45,247 nucleotides of DNA from the IMG/VR virus record IMGVR_UViG_3300045988_046511; one strand, 5' to 3'. The notes below the pieces were generated by a model. That model searched no databases. It was not told the DNA's origin and saw only the letters and a list, made by a program, of their open reading frames with translations. This document shows, piece after piece, positions 25,951-35,938 of the stretch. The position numbers and the translations under genes are program-made. The stretch is from a virus. The first letter of the stretch is position 1; every line of letters starts with the position of its first letter.

Positions 25951-26141
25951 TTGAAGAGGGTGACTGGGAAGCGAGTTTTGCTTTCTATGCCCTCTTAAAA
26001 TTGCACATCTTACCATCCCAATTTCTTGAAATGGACGAACGGGAAAAAGCGTTCGTGATCGCGTCCATCAAGATCAAACAAGAAGATGATGCAAGGCAGA
26101 AAAAAGAGCTTGAGAGGAAAGCAAGCCGGAAAGGACGGTGA
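25519..26141 (+). CDS. tail assembly chaperone, -1 frameshift long form
   Basis: After a -1 slip on A_AAA_AAC (25941-25947), the -1 frame is open for 64 more codons (KKLIEEGDWEASFAFYALLKLHILPSQFLEMDEREKAF...RKGR) to TGA 26139-26141, 4 nt before the tape-measure ATG. Confidence 0.65.
25941..25947 (+). promoter_or_regulatory. slippery heptamer A_AAA_AAC for a programmed -1 ribosomal frameshift
   Basis: Canonical X_XXY_YYZ in the zero frame (gcA AAA AAC taa). Confidence 0.6.
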
Positions 26142-26145
26142 TTAA

Positions 26146-29100
26146 ATGGCTTCTATCAAGACTTCAATCGAACTGTATGACAATTTTTCTGATCCTATGA
26201 TGGATATTGTCAACGCCGCAAATGCTGGTACTATCGCTATTGAAAACGTACAATCCGCGATGAATGCGGGCGTAGATATGAGCGGTATTAACCGGGCTAC
26301 GGCGGCAATGCAGTCTTTTGAAAATACGATGCAAGCCATTGAAGCACCCTCTTTTTCCTTTGGAGATGTGGACACCACCTTACCAGATTTAGGGGTTGCA
26401 ACTCCAAACATTACAGTCCCGGTGATCCCTGTTGTGGAAAGTCAGCCGCAAATTGACGTTCCCGATGGTATCACCGTACCTGTAACGGCGGAAGTTGTGG
26501 AGCAACCCCGAATTGACGTACCCACAGGGATTGAAGTTCCCGTGAGTGCTGAAATTACGGAACAGCCGCAAATTGACGTTCCCGATGGTATCACCGTACC
26601 TGTTGAACTTTCTAGCGTGTCTGAATCTGAAAAACAGATTCAAGATATTTCAACTAGATTGAACAACATTTTGAACTATCAGAACGCAATTAACAACGTG
26701 GGTCAAAACCTGTTCGTTATGCCGGGGGATTCGGCGGCAGAGATCGCCGGGATCAACCGAGAATTAGGCCAAATGCAGACCGCGCTTGATTACTTGAAAA
26801 CAAATCCGTTTGATCTTGATTCGTCCGTTGCACAGTTGCAGTTGGGCAGTCTGTCGAGCGCGATTGACAACGTGATTGAGCGGCAGGAGCGGCTTAATGA
26901 TTTGATGGGCGATGTTCCCTCACAGGTGTATAGCGCAACGCCCACCGTGCAGGATGCCCCACAGGTTGAGCCTACACAAGCCCCGGTAAATGTTCCGTTT
27001 AACTGGCAAGCTGACAATATGAACGTGTTTGAGAACACGGGCATAGAGCGTTTTCAGCAGGAAATAGAGAGTGCTAATACAATGCTTGTCGCATTGAACG
27101 ACACTCAACAGCGGATCGCAGAAACGGCGGCAAGCGTTGACTTGTTCCCCGCGAATGCGGTTACTGATCTAAGCGGTATGCAAACCCGCTTACAGGCGAT
27201 TCAAGATCGTATCGTGCAGATTGAGAACAACCCCTTAAACATGGGTACTAACGCCGCTAATTCGGAGTTGGAACGGTTGCGGGGGCAGTTGGATCAAGCT
27301 GTACAGGCACAGCAAGCCCTTAATAGTGCCATTGACAATATGGACGTACAGGCGGCGAATGATGCTTACTTGCGGTTATCGCAAACCGTGAGCGGCACAG
27401 AACGCTATATCCGTGACAACGTGGATGAACAGGGGCGTTTTAACTCCACCATCGAACAAGGTACAGTTGAAGCGAATATGCTTGCACAGACCATCAAAGG
27501 GGCGGTTGCTTCTTTCGTGGGCATTGCGGGCGTAAAGAAAGCATTGGACTTTGTGGGCGAAACGACACAGGCATTTAACACACAGCTTAACGCGGAAACA
27601 CAGCTTGCAAGCGTTTTGGCGAATATGCTGACCACGGATGCCGTGGCACAGTATCAAGTTGACGTTTCGGCTGATACCACGGATGCCGTGAAGCAGATCA
27701 ACGCTATTCAGAACAGCGTTGATGAAGTAAAAGTGCCTGTTTCTGCTGAAACACAGGCGTTGACAGCAGCTTTCGATCAGATCACGAGTAAGGCAAGCGA
27801 GATTCAAGGCCGGGGCATTTATGGCGATGAAGCTATGATTGCGGCGGCTGGCGAGTTCTCCACCTACTTCACGGATGCGGACGCTATTACAACGATGATG
27901 GACACGCTGGCAGATTACGCTATGGGTATGTCTGGCGGCGGTGCATTGGATTCAACGGCGTTAGTCGATTACGCAACGGGTTTGGGCAAGATGATGTCCG
28001 GCGCGTATGATGCGATGACCAAAAAAGGCTTTGAAGTCACGGATGTTCAGAAAGCAATTATTGAGGGAACGGCAACGCAAGCACAAATCACACAGGAGTT
28101 AGGCGCAGAATACGCCAATATGTCCAGTGATATGCAGGCGGCGGCTACCATTTCCGAAATAATTGAAGAATCTTGGGCGGGCTTATATGAGAATATGAGC
28201 GACACCCCGGAGGGAAAGATCATCCAGATGACAAACGCTTGGGGCGATATGGAAGAGATGATCGGCGGGCGGCTGTACCCTTGTGTACTGCTTTTCGTTG
28301 ATGCCGTTAATAGTAACTGGCCTACCATCGAAACCGTTGTACAGGGCATTACAGGCGGCTTACAGGTTATGCTTACTGTCCTTTCGTGGATTGCACAGGG
28401 CGCGCTTACTGTCGCTGACGTTGTAGCTAACAACTGGTCGTGGATTTCCCCGATCATTGGCGGCGTAACAGCGGCATTGATGGCCTATTACGGTTCGCGG
28501 CTGGCGGTGAACGCTGTTGACATGATCGGCAACGGTATTCACCTTGCAACGGCGGCGGTAATGATGATACACGCGGCGGCAACTGGTACGCTGACAGCCG
28601 CCACAGCCGCAGAAATCGCGGCACAGAACGGCTTAAACGGTGCGTTGCTGGCTTGTCCTATCACATGGATTGTCATGGGCGTTATCGCCCTTATAGCCGT
28701 GCTTTTGGCTGTTACAAACGCAATCGCACAGGTAACGGGCGTTACACAGTCCGGCGTTGGTATTATCACGGGTGTTATCGCCGTAGGCGGTGCGTTCATC
28801 CTGAATACCATTATTTCTCTGATTAACAGCGTTATCACGCTGGGCGTGAGTTTTTGGAATATGCTTGCCAATTTTGCGGCGGCTTTCGGTCTGATCTTCA
28901 ATGATCCCATCGCCGCGATTGAAGTTATGTTCTTGTCGCTGTTTAACTTCATCGTGTCTATCGTATCTTCGGCGGCGGGCATTCTTGATACTATCTTTGG
29001 CTCTGATCTGCAAAGCGCAGTTCAAGGATTTCAAGATAAGATTCAAACCCAAATTAACACCACTGTTGAGAACGCCGGGGGCGACAAGCCGAAAACGCTT

Positions 29101-29529
29101 GATCCGTCTGATTACACTATGGATCGCATTTCCTATGGGGATGCGTTCAGCATGGGTGCAGATTTTGGAGATGGCGTTGTCGGTGGAATTTCCGACTTTT
29201 TCAACAAAACTTTCAACATGGATTCCATTGCCCCCTCTGTTGATCTTAGCGATTACACAGCGGGCATTGGTGACGGTGTGAAAGATATAGCCGGAAACAC
29301 CGGGGCAATTAAAAATTCTCTGGATATTACGGATGAAGATTTGAAGTATTTGAGAGATATTGCCGAACAGGAAGTTATCAACCGTTTCACGACTGCTGAA
29401 GTGAAAATTGATATGTCTGGTATGAATAATAACATCTCTAACGGTATGGATTTGGACGGCGTTATTTCTGCTATGACAGAGGGTTTAGCGGAAGCAATCG
29501 ACACAGCCGCAGAGGGGGTGCATGAGTAA
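26146..29529 (+). CDS. tail tape measure protein
   Basis: 1127 aa, Ala/Gln-rich helical regions, hydrophobic segments in the C-terminal third. Position is after the chaperone pair. Confidence 0.85.
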   Translation: MASIKTSIELYDNFSDPMMDIVNAANAGTIAIENVQSAMNAGVDMSGINRATAAMQSFENTMQAIEAPSFSFGDVDTTLPDLGVATPNITVPVIPVVESQPQIDVPDGITVPVTAEVVEQPRIDVPTGIEVPVSAEITEQPQIDVPDGITVPVELSSVSESEKQIQDISTRLNNILNYQNAINNVGQNLFVMPGDSAAEIAGINRELGQMQTALDYLKTNPFDLDSSVAQLQLGSLSSAIDNVIERQERLNDLMGDVPSQVYSATPTVQDAPQVEPTQAPVNVPFNWQADNMNVFENTGIERFQQEIESANTMLVALNDTQQRIAETAASVDLFPANAVTDLSGMQTRLQAIQDRIVQIENNPLNMGTNAANSELERLRGQLDQAVQAQQALNSAIDNMDVQAANDAYLRLSQTVSGTERYIRDNVDEQGRFNSTIEQGTVEANMLAQTIKGAVASFVGIAGVKKALDFVGETTQAFNTQLNAETQLASVLANMLTTDAVAQYQVDVSADTTDAVKQINAIQNSVDEVKVPVSAETQALTAAFDQITSKASEIQGRGIYGDEAMIAAAGEFSTYFTDADAITTMMDTLADYAMGMSGGGALDSTALVDYATGLGKMMSGAYDAMTKKGFEVTDVQKAIIEGTATQAQITQELGAEYANMSSDMQAAATISEIIEESWAGLYENMSDTPEGKIIQMTNAWGDMEEMIGGRLYPCVLLFVDAVNSNWPTIETVVQGITGGLQVMLTVLSWIAQGALTVADVVANNWSWISPIIGGVTAALMAYYGSRLAVNAVDMIGNGIHLATAAVMMIHAAATGTLTAATAAEIAAQNGLNGALLACPITWIVMGVIALIAVLLAVTNAIAQVTGVTQSGVGIITGVIAVGGAFILNTIISLINSVITLGVSFWNMLANFAAAFGLIFNDPIAAIEVMFLSLFNFIVSIVSSAAGILDTIFGSDLQSAVQGFQDKIQTQINTTVENAGGDKPKTLDPSDYTMDRISYGDAFSMGADFGDGVVGGISDFFNKTFNMDSIAPSVDLSDYTAGIGDGVKDIAGNTGAIKNSLDITDEDLKYLRDIAEQEVINRFTTAEVKIDMSGMNNNISNGMDLDGVISAMTEGLAEAIDTAAEGVHE
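26443..26607 (+). repeat. three 60-nt in-frame tandem repeats inside the tape measure gene
   Basis: QPQIDVPDGITVPVTAEVVE / QPRIDVPTGIEVPVSAEITE / QPQIDVPDGITVPV.... Units 1 and 3 (26443 and 26563) are identical for about 44 nt. Confidence 0.85.
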
Positions 29530-30221
29530 TGAGCAATGGCTATATGGTTTTCCTAAAGTATTGCTTACTGCCCGTCACCCCTAGTAAGATCACCACGAAA
29601 ATCAACAACGCCAACAAAACAATCACTCTGATTGATGAGGGGCAAGTCAACCTGTTAAAGAAAGCAGAGTTGACCGATGTTGAATTTGAGTGCATGATCC
29701 CGCAAACCAACTATCCGTTTGCTCTGTATAAGTCGGGCTTTTTGGGAGCAAGTTTCTTTCTTGCCTACTTTGAACGCCTGAAAACAAGTAAGAAACCGTT
29801 TCAGTTCATCGTTGTTCGGATGAAGCCGAACGGACGGATTTTGTTCTCTACTAATCTCAAAGTGACGCTTGAAGATTATACCATCGTTGAGGATGCCGGA
29901 CAGGGCTTAGATTTGACGGTGAAAATCAATCTGAAGCAATGGCGAGATTACAGAACAAAACTTGTGAATATTCAAGAAAACGATGATTCCACGATCACGG
30001 CCACGGTACAGGCTACACGGGCGGCAGAAACCGCCCCTACGCCTACCGCTGGACAGACTTACACTGTAAAATCTGGCGATTCTCTCTGTGCCATTGCAAA
30101 GAAGTATTACGGTAGCAGTAGCAAGTATACGGATATTTACAACGCCAATAAGTCCGTTATCGGCGGCAATCCGAACTTAATCAAACCCGGTCAAGTCCTG
30201 ACTTTGCCGGAATCCAGCTAA
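29529..30221 (+). CDS. LysM-domain tail protein (XkdP-like)
   Basis: C-terminal LysM: YTVKSGDSLCAIAKKYYGSSSKYTDIYNANKSVIGGNPNLIKPGQVLTLP. Confidence 0.8.
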   Translation: MSNGYMVFLKYCLLPVTPSKITTKINNANKTITLIDEGQVNLLKKAELTDVEFECMIPQTNYPFALYKSGFLGASFFLAYFERLKTSKKPFQFIVVRMKPNGRILFSTNLKVTLEDYTIVEDAGQGLDLTVKINLKQWRDYRTKLVNIQENDDSTITATVQATRAAETAPTPTAGQTYTVKSGDSLCAIAKKYYGSSSKYTDIYNANKSVIGGNPNLIKPGQVLTLPESS

Positions 30222-30235
30222 AAGGGGGTGCTTTT

Positions 30236-31216
30236 ATGAACGTAGAATTTATGATTACTGATCCGAAAAGCGGGCAGAACTATTTCCCCGCTGTTCAAGA
30301 GGGTATCACATGGACTACGGAACGTAGAAGCAACCCCGGCAAGCTGGAATTTACCATTGTACGGGATGAGATCATCAAGTTTACCGAGGGTTCGCCCGTC
30401 CGCTTAAAGGTGGATGGCAAGCCCGTTTTCTTTGGCTTTGCCTTTACACAGAAAGGGAGTAAGGATGAACTTGTCAAGATCACCGCCTACGATCAGTTAC
30501 GGTATCTGAAAAATAAAGATACTTACGTTTACAAAAATAAAACTGCATCCGACTTTATAAAAATGGTCGGTGCAGACTTCAACTTGAATTTGGGAAGTAT
30601 CGCAGATACGGGCTATAAAATCCCCTCAAGGGTGGAAGATAACACTTCACTTTTTGAAATGATTGAAAACGCCCTTGATCTCACTATGCAGAACACAAAG
30701 CAAATGTTCGTTCTGTATGATGATTTTGGAAAGCTGACCCTCAAAAATCTTTCTGATATGCGCGTTGGTGAACAAGGCGCATATTTTATGATTGATGAAG
30801 TGACGGGCGAAAATTTTGAATATACGGCAAGCATTGACAACAGCACCTATAACAAAATTAAGCTGACCTATGAAAATGAATCCACTGGCAAGCGGGATGT
30901 TTACATTGCGCAGGACAGCGGACACATTAACGAATGGGGCGTTTTGCAGTATTACGATACTTTATCCAAAGGCGAAAACGGGCAGTCGAAAGCGGACGCA
31001 CTTTTGAAGTTATACAATCAAAAGACCCGAAACTTGAAGATTCAGAACGCCTTTGGCGATCCTAGAGTAAGAGCAGGGAGCATGATTATTGTAAATCTGG
31101 ATTTGGGAGATATGAAAGTGAAAAACTTCATGCTTGTGGAAAAGGCAACCCACACTTTTAAGCTGGATGAGCATTCCATGACCCTAACGCTTCGAGGGGG
31201 TGAATTTATTGCCTGA
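30236..31216 (+). CDS. XkdQ/YqbQ-like baseplate hub-associated protein
   Basis: 326 aa, after the LysM protein in the conserved Xkd order. Confidence 0.65.
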   Translation: MNVEFMITDPKSGQNYFPAVQEGITWTTERRSNPGKLEFTIVRDEIIKFTEGSPVRLKVDGKPVFFGFAFTQKGSKDELVKITAYDQLRYLKNKDTYVYKNKTASDFIKMVGADFNLNLGSIADTGYKIPSRVEDNTSLFEMIENALDLTMQNTKQMFVLYDDFGKLTLKNLSDMRVGEQGAYFMIDEVTGENFEYTASIDNSTYNKIKLTYENESTGKRDVYIAQDSGHINEWGVLQYYDTLSKGENGQSKADALLKLYNQKTRNLKIQNAFGDPRVRAGSMIIVNLDLGDMKVKNFMLVEKATHTFKLDEHSMTLTLRGGEFIA

Positions 31217-31634
31217 TTATACTGCACTTCAAAAGGAAATGAAGCGAGCGGCAAAAGATATGCTTAACGCTTCAAAGCCTACACAAGTTTGTTATGGTGA
31301 GGTTATAAGCGATTCACCCTTGAAAATTCAAGTAGATCAAAAGCTGGTTTTGGAAGAAGAACAGCTTGTGTTGTGTCGGAATGTTACCGACTATGAATGT
31401 GATGTTGAATTTTCGTTGAAAACTGAAAAATTACAGCACAATCATACAGGCGTACACGGCCCAACTCAACCTGTTACTTTGCAATACAAGGTCAAAAACA
31501 AGAAGAAAATGAAAGTCTATAACGCTCTGAAAAAAGGTGACGCAGTTTTGCTGATCCGAGAGCAAGGCGGACAGAAGTACATTGTGATTGACCGTATCAA
31601 GCCAATCCCAGAGGTGAAAGGTGAGTGGGTATAA
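31200..31634 (+). CDS. XkdR-like protein (DUF2577-type)
   Basis: 144 aa. Call rests on gene order and CYGEVISDSPLKIQVDQKLVLEEEQLVL. Confidence 0.6.
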   Translation: MNLLPDYTALQKEMKRAAKDMLNASKPTQVCYGEVISDSPLKIQVDQKLVLEEEQLVLCRNVTDYECDVEFSLKTEKLQHNHTGVHGPTQPVTLQYKVKNKKKMKVYNALKKGDAVLLIREQGGQKYIVIDRIKPIPEVKGEWV

Positions 31635-32038
31635 TGATTCCGTCAACTACTGGATTTCTGGATAAGGATTTTGAGATCACCCAACAGCCTACCTACACCC
31701 ACCTAATGCAACTTGACAACAAGGTGATTCGTGGGTACACGGACGGTCAAGAAGCGATGCGGCAAGCTATTTTTAAGATTCTGCAAACCGAACGCTATCA
31801 ATACGTTATCTATTCGTGGAATTACGGCATTGAAACGATTGATCTATACGGACAGCCCGTTGCATGGGTATGCCCGGAATTGGAGCGCAGAATCACGGAA
31901 GCCCTCACTTGTGATGATCGGATCACAAGCGTTTCAGACTTTGATTTTGACACGTCCAAAAAAGGTGTGGTGCATTGCACCTTTACCGCCCATACCATCT
32001 TTGGAGACGTTCAAGCAGAAAGAGAGGTGAATTTTTGA
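31634..32038 (+). CDS. XkdS-like baseplate protein (DUF2634-type)
   Basis: ATG 31634 overlaps the upstream TAA. IRGYTDGQEAMRQAIFKILQTERYQYVIYSWNYGIE. Confidence 0.6.
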   Translation: MIPSTTGFLDKDFEITQQPTYTHLMQLDNKVIRGYTDGQEAMRQAIFKILQTERYQYVIYSWNYGIETIDLYGQPVAWVCPELERRITEALTCDDRITSVSDFDFDTSKKGVVHCTFTAHTIFGDVQAEREVNF

Positions 32039-33237
32039 TGTATGAGGGCGAAAGCCATGAAGTAATTCTTGATCGGATGCTCAAACGAGTATCTGACAAG
32101 TTCGACAAACGCGAGGGTTCTATTTTGTGGGACACCCATTCCCCTACGGCGTTTGAATTTCAGCTTTTGTATATCGAACTTGACACGATTTTGCGTGAAG
32201 CATACGGCGACACGGCAAGCCGTGAGTTTCTGATCCGCCGTTGCAAAGAACGCGGTATTGCCCCGGATGAAGCAACCCACGCAATCTTAAAAGGCGAATT
32301 TACCCCGAAAAATATTGACGTTACTGGAAAGCGATTCAATATTAGTTCACTCAATTTCAAAGTTGTTGAACAAATCGCGGACGGTGAATATAAGGTTGAG
32401 TGCGAAACCCCCGGCATTGTTGGCAACCAACAGTTGGGAACAATGATCCCGATTGAATACATTGAGGGCTTGGAAACTGCCGAACTTACGGGCGTTCTGA
32501 TCCCCGGAGAGGATGAAGAAGATACTGAAGCCTTGCGTAAGCGGTACTTCGATTCTTTCAATGAAAAGGCGTTCGGCGGCAACGTGCAAGATTACCTCAC
32601 TAAAACCAACGGCATTCCCGGCGTTGGTAGCACTAAGGTAACGCGGGTATGGAATAGCGATATTTCCCCCGCGTCCATGATCCCATCTGTCAAGGTGAAA
32701 TCGTGGTATGAATCCACCATCAGCACCCTTTCCGGGGATGCGGCGGACTGGTTGCGCACCGTTTACACAGCGGCGGCAGAAAAGAAACTCACCACAGGCG
32801 GAACGGTGCTTCTCACGATCCTTAACTCTGACTATGGCATTGCATCAAGCACTCTGCTTGAAACCGTCCAGAACACCATTGACCCGCCCGAAAACGCGGG
32901 TGATGGATACGGTTTAGCCCCTATTGGTCACGTTGTTTCGGTCAAAAGCGCGGATGCCGTACAGGTGCAAGTGAAAACCACGTTGACGTTTGATAGCGGT
33001 TATAGCTGGTCTAATCTGCAAAACTCCATCAACACGGCAATTTCTGATTACCTGTTAGAGTTGCGCAAATCGTGGGCTGATACGGCGTTCCTTGTGGTGC
33101 GTGTAAGTCAGATCGAAACAAGGCTTTTGAGTATCAAGGGCATTGTGGATATTGACAACACACGGATCAACGGCACGGCAGAAAATTTGACCTTGGGGCG
33201 GTATGAAGTTCCCATGTTTGGGGGTGCAAGCGCATGA
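32038..33237 (+). CDS. baseplate J-like protein (XkdT-like)
   Basis: ATG 32038 overlaps the upstream TGA. 399 aa. ILDRMLKRVSDKFDKREGSILWD is a typical baseplate J N-terminus. Confidence 0.75.
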   Translation: MYEGESHEVILDRMLKRVSDKFDKREGSILWDTHSPTAFEFQLLYIELDTILREAYGDTASREFLIRRCKERGIAPDEATHAILKGEFTPKNIDVTGKRFNISSLNFKVVEQIADGEYKVECETPGIVGNQQLGTMIPIEYIEGLETAELTGVLIPGEDEEDTEALRKRYFDSFNEKAFGGNVQDYLTKTNGIPGVGSTKVTRVWNSDISPASMIPSVKVKSWYESTISTLSGDAADWLRTVYTAAAEKKLTTGGTVLLTILNSDYGIASSTLLETVQNTIDPPENAGDGYGLAPIGHVVSVKSADAVQVQVKTTLTFDSGYSWSNLQNSINTAISDYLLELRKSWADTAFLVVRVSQIETRLLSIKGIVDIDNTRINGTAENLTLGRYEVPMFGGASA

Positions 33238-34103
33238 TCCGCAAAGTCGATCTTGTGTCTTATCTGCCGCCCATCATGGCAGAGTTTCAAGAATACCGGG
33301 TAACACTGGAAGCGGAAAACCCGGAGTTTGTTCTTGTTTGGAACGCAACGGATCAGGTTCTTCAAAATGAGTTCATAGCAACAGCGGATGAATACGGAAT
33401 CAGCCGCTTTGAACAGATTTTGAACATCTTACCATCTAAGGAAGATACCCTTGAGAGCCGCCGTTCCAGAGTGCAAACGCGGTGGTTCAATACCATTCCT
33501 TACACGCTGAAAGCCCTGTTGGGTAAGCTGATTGCCTTGTGTGGTGAAAACAATTTCACTGTTGTTAAAGACTACGATCATTACAAGATTTCCATTTTCA
33601 CAGACCTTGAACTTTTCGGACAGGCTGAAGAACTGGATTTTACGCTTGAAACCATGATTCCTTGCAACATGATTGTTGTTTCCCGTAACAATATTCCATG
33701 CAATGCGAGCGGCTTTGCTCTGATTTGTGGCGGCGTATGCTTTGTGCAAAATTTCTTTATCACGAACGACTTTCAAGAAAGCCACTCTATCACAGGTGAT
33801 ACGAAAGTGGGCGGCGGTACAGTTGACGCGGCTTTCCAGTTTATCACCAACGACAGCGAGGAAAACCACGTTGTCAACGGTGGAGCGGGCTTTGGTGGCG
33901 CACCGATCAGTACCGAACACCTCTTTATCACGAATGACAGCACCGAATACCCCACAGTTGACGGTGCGGCCATTCATGGCGGTGGTCTGGTAAGTAACGT
34001 ATCGGTGACGATCACAAACGACTTCAACGAAAAGTTCAATGTAAACGGCGATGCTTTGAACGGAGCGGGCGTTGTTTTCACTGAATTTAATAAAATGAAC
34101 TAA
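33234..34103 (+). CDS. XkdU-like (DUF2313-type) tail protein with four C-terminal 28-aa repeats
   Basis: N-terminus YLPPIMAEFQEYRVTLEAENPEF...EYGISRFEQIL. The C-terminus carries the ITND repeats (separate repeat feature). Confidence 0.65.
   Translation: MIRKVDLVSYLPPIMAEFQEYRVTLEAENPEFVLVWNATDQVLQNEFIATADEYGISRFEQILNILPSKEDTLESRRSRVQTRWFNTIPYTLKALLGKLIALCGENNFTVVKDYDHYKISIFTDLELFGQAEELDFTLETMIPCNMIVVSRNNIPCNASGFALICGGVCFVQNFFITNDFQESHSITGDTKVGGGTVDAAFQFITNDSEENHVVNGGAGFGGAPISTEHLFITNDSTEYPTVDGAAIHGGGLVSNVSVTITNDFNEKFNVNGDALNGAGVVFTEFNKMN
33756..34091 (+). repeat. 4 x 84-nt (28-aa) in-frame tandem repeats (F/T)ITND-x9-G-x...
   Basis: FITNDFQESHSITGD..., FITNDSEENHVVNGG..., FITNDSTEYPTVDGA..., TITNDFNEKFNVNGD..., starting at 33756, 33840, 33924 and 34008. 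Confidence 0.8.
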
Positions 34104-34123
34104 AACAGAAAGGAAAAATCACT

Positions 34124-35938
34124 ATGGCAGAATTTTCTAAGCTGGTTATCACAGCGAAAGGACAGGCTTTGATTGCTAAGATGATTGCGGGCGTTGGCAA
34201 CATTGAGTTTACCAAAGTTTCCGCGTCCAGCACCACTTACACCCTGTCGCAGTTGGAAGCCCTCACCGCTCTTTCCAATGTGAAGCAGACAAGCCTTATC
34301 TCCAAAAAGACGATCACGAACAATGTTGCTATCAAGCTGGAAGCGGCTTTCACCAATACCGATCTGACCGCTGGTTACAACATGAAAGCCCTTGGCCTGT
34401 ATGCCAAAGACCCGGATGCGGGCGAAATCCTGTATGCTGTCACCATTGAAACTTCTGGTAACTGCTATATGCCGCCTTATAACGGGATCACCGTTTCCGG
34501 CGCATACATCCAGCTTGTTACCACCGTAGGCAACGCTGACAGTGTGAATCTGAAAGTTGACCCTGCCGCCGTTGCCACGATTGGCGATATTCAGGAACTG
34601 GAAGCAAAGATTGCTGATCTTCAGGCATTCGTAGGCTATACCGATGCCCACATTTACGGCGTTGAGGTGGATTTCAAGAACAAGAAGTTTACCAGACTGG
34701 CGGGCGCGTTTGGCAAAACTGGCGGGTACGCCTTTGATTCGGTGCATTGCTTTGGCGGTCGCCGCCGTTGCAACGTCACGAATGACGGTAAGGTTGTAGC
34801 CTATTACGGCGAGGGTGCTTTCTCCACTACTGGCAAGCTGGCACAGAGCGTCACCATTGAAAGTGGACAGTATGCGGGTACTTATGCCGCTGGCACTCCC
34901 GTACAGGTGATGGTGGAACAGCCTAAGTTCTATTACAAGGTTGTACCGCTGGAAACCGAAATCGTGACAGAGGGCGAGGATCACGGCCACTACACCCGCA
35001 AGATTCGCTATTACATTTGTGATGAGCCGGAAGCTGGGTTCAAGGTGCATCCGGCTTTCGTGGAGAACGGCAACGAGAACGATTATATTTACCTTGCCGC
35101 CTTTGAGGGTTCTCTTTGGGATTCGTCCGCAAGTGCTTACATTCTGGATGATGCACAGGTGGCGGACTTCTCCGCCGATATGCTTTCCAGCATCGCCGCT
35201 GTTAAGCCTATGTCCGGCCTTACCCAAAATCTGACCCGTGCCAATACCCGCAAGCTGGCAAACAATCGCGGCAAGGGCTGGGAACAGGCATACGCCGCAA
35301 CCGTGGCCGCTTCTCAACTGCTCATGCTGATTGAGTACGCTTCTTTCAATATGCAGTCCGCTATTGGTAGCGGCGCGGTTTCTAAAACGGATGATACTTC
35401 GTCTAATATGGCAGAGTATACGGGCGCAACTGCCGAACTGGGCAATGATTCCGGCGCAGTCACCAACGCGAACAGTATTCAGATTGTGTCCTATCGTGGC
35501 GAGGAAAACTTCTGGGGCAATATCTGGGGCTGGGTTGACGGTATGAATATCCAGAATCCCACTCCCTTTGATGCGGCTGGTAAGTTCGGCAGACTGTACG
35601 TTGCAGATCATGGCTTTGCAGACGATACCGGGGACGCACCTTATCAGGATACCGGGATTTGCCCCTGCTACGGTGAGGGCTATATTTCCGCCTTTGGCTA
35701 CTCTGAAAACTTCGATTGGCTGTTTGTTCCCGCCGAACACAACGGTAGCACCGCCGTTCCTGTCGGTGACTACTATTGGAACTATAACGCTGGTTGGCGG
35801 GTCGCTAGATTGGGCGGTGTATGGAGTCATGGTCTGATATCGGGGGCTTTCTATTGGTATCTCGGCGATGCCGCTTCTCATCGCTATCGGAGTATCGGCG
35901 GGCGGTCGGTGTATATCCCGTCCAAAAAGGCCGCGTAA
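34124..35938 (+). CDS. tail fibre / receptor-binding protein; DGR target gene with a C-terminal variable region
   Basis: 604 aa, last structural gene of the tail module. The last ~48 codons contain the VR (35795-35914): ...WRVARLGGVWSHGLISGAFYWYLGDAASHRYRSIGGRSVYIPSKKAA. Confidence 0.85.
   Translation: MAEFSKLVITAKGQALIAKMIAGVGNIEFTKVSASSTTYTLSQLEALTALSNVKQTSLISKKTITNNVAIKLEAAFTNTDLTAGYNMKALGLYAKDPDAGEILYAVTIETSGNCYMPPYNGITVSGAYIQLVTTVGNADSVNLKVDPAAVATIGDIQELEAKIADLQAFVGYTDAHIYGVEVDFKNKKFTRLAGAFGKTGGYAFDSVHCFGGRRRCNVTNDGKVVAYYGEGAFSTTGKLAQSVTIESGQYAGTYAAGTPVQVMVEQPKFYYKVVPLETEIVTEGEDHGHYTRKIRYYICDEPEAGFKVHPAFVENGNENDYIYLAAFEGSLWDSSASAYILDDAQVADFSADMLSSIAAVKPMSGLTQNLTRANTRKLANNRGKGWEQAYAATVAASQLLMLIEYASFNMQSAIGSGAVSKTDDTSSNMAEYTGATAELGNDSGAVTNANSIQIVSYRGEENFWGNIWGWVDGMNIQNPTPFDAAGKFGRLYVADHGFADDTGDAPYQDTGICPCYGEGYISAFGYSENFDWLFVPAEHNGSTAVPVGDYYWNYNAGWRVARLGGVWSHGLISGAFYWYLGDAASHRYRSIGGRSVYIPSKKAA
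35795..35914 (+). repeat. DGR variable repeat (VR)
   Basis: Gap-free 120-bp alignment with 36030-36149. It differs only where the partner has adenine. The conservative core is 35800-35914. Confidence 0.9.

Noticed and set aside
35766-35794. Possible second VR-like segment just upstream of the VR (GDYYWNYNAGW vs TR GTFYWNLNNAT)
   Set aside because: The nucleotide similarity to the TR includes mismatches at template T/C/G positions, so it does not follow the adenine rule. It probably reflects an internal structural repeat of the lectin-like fold. The five extra A-only positions at 35795-35799 are kept as only a possible 5' extension of the VR.
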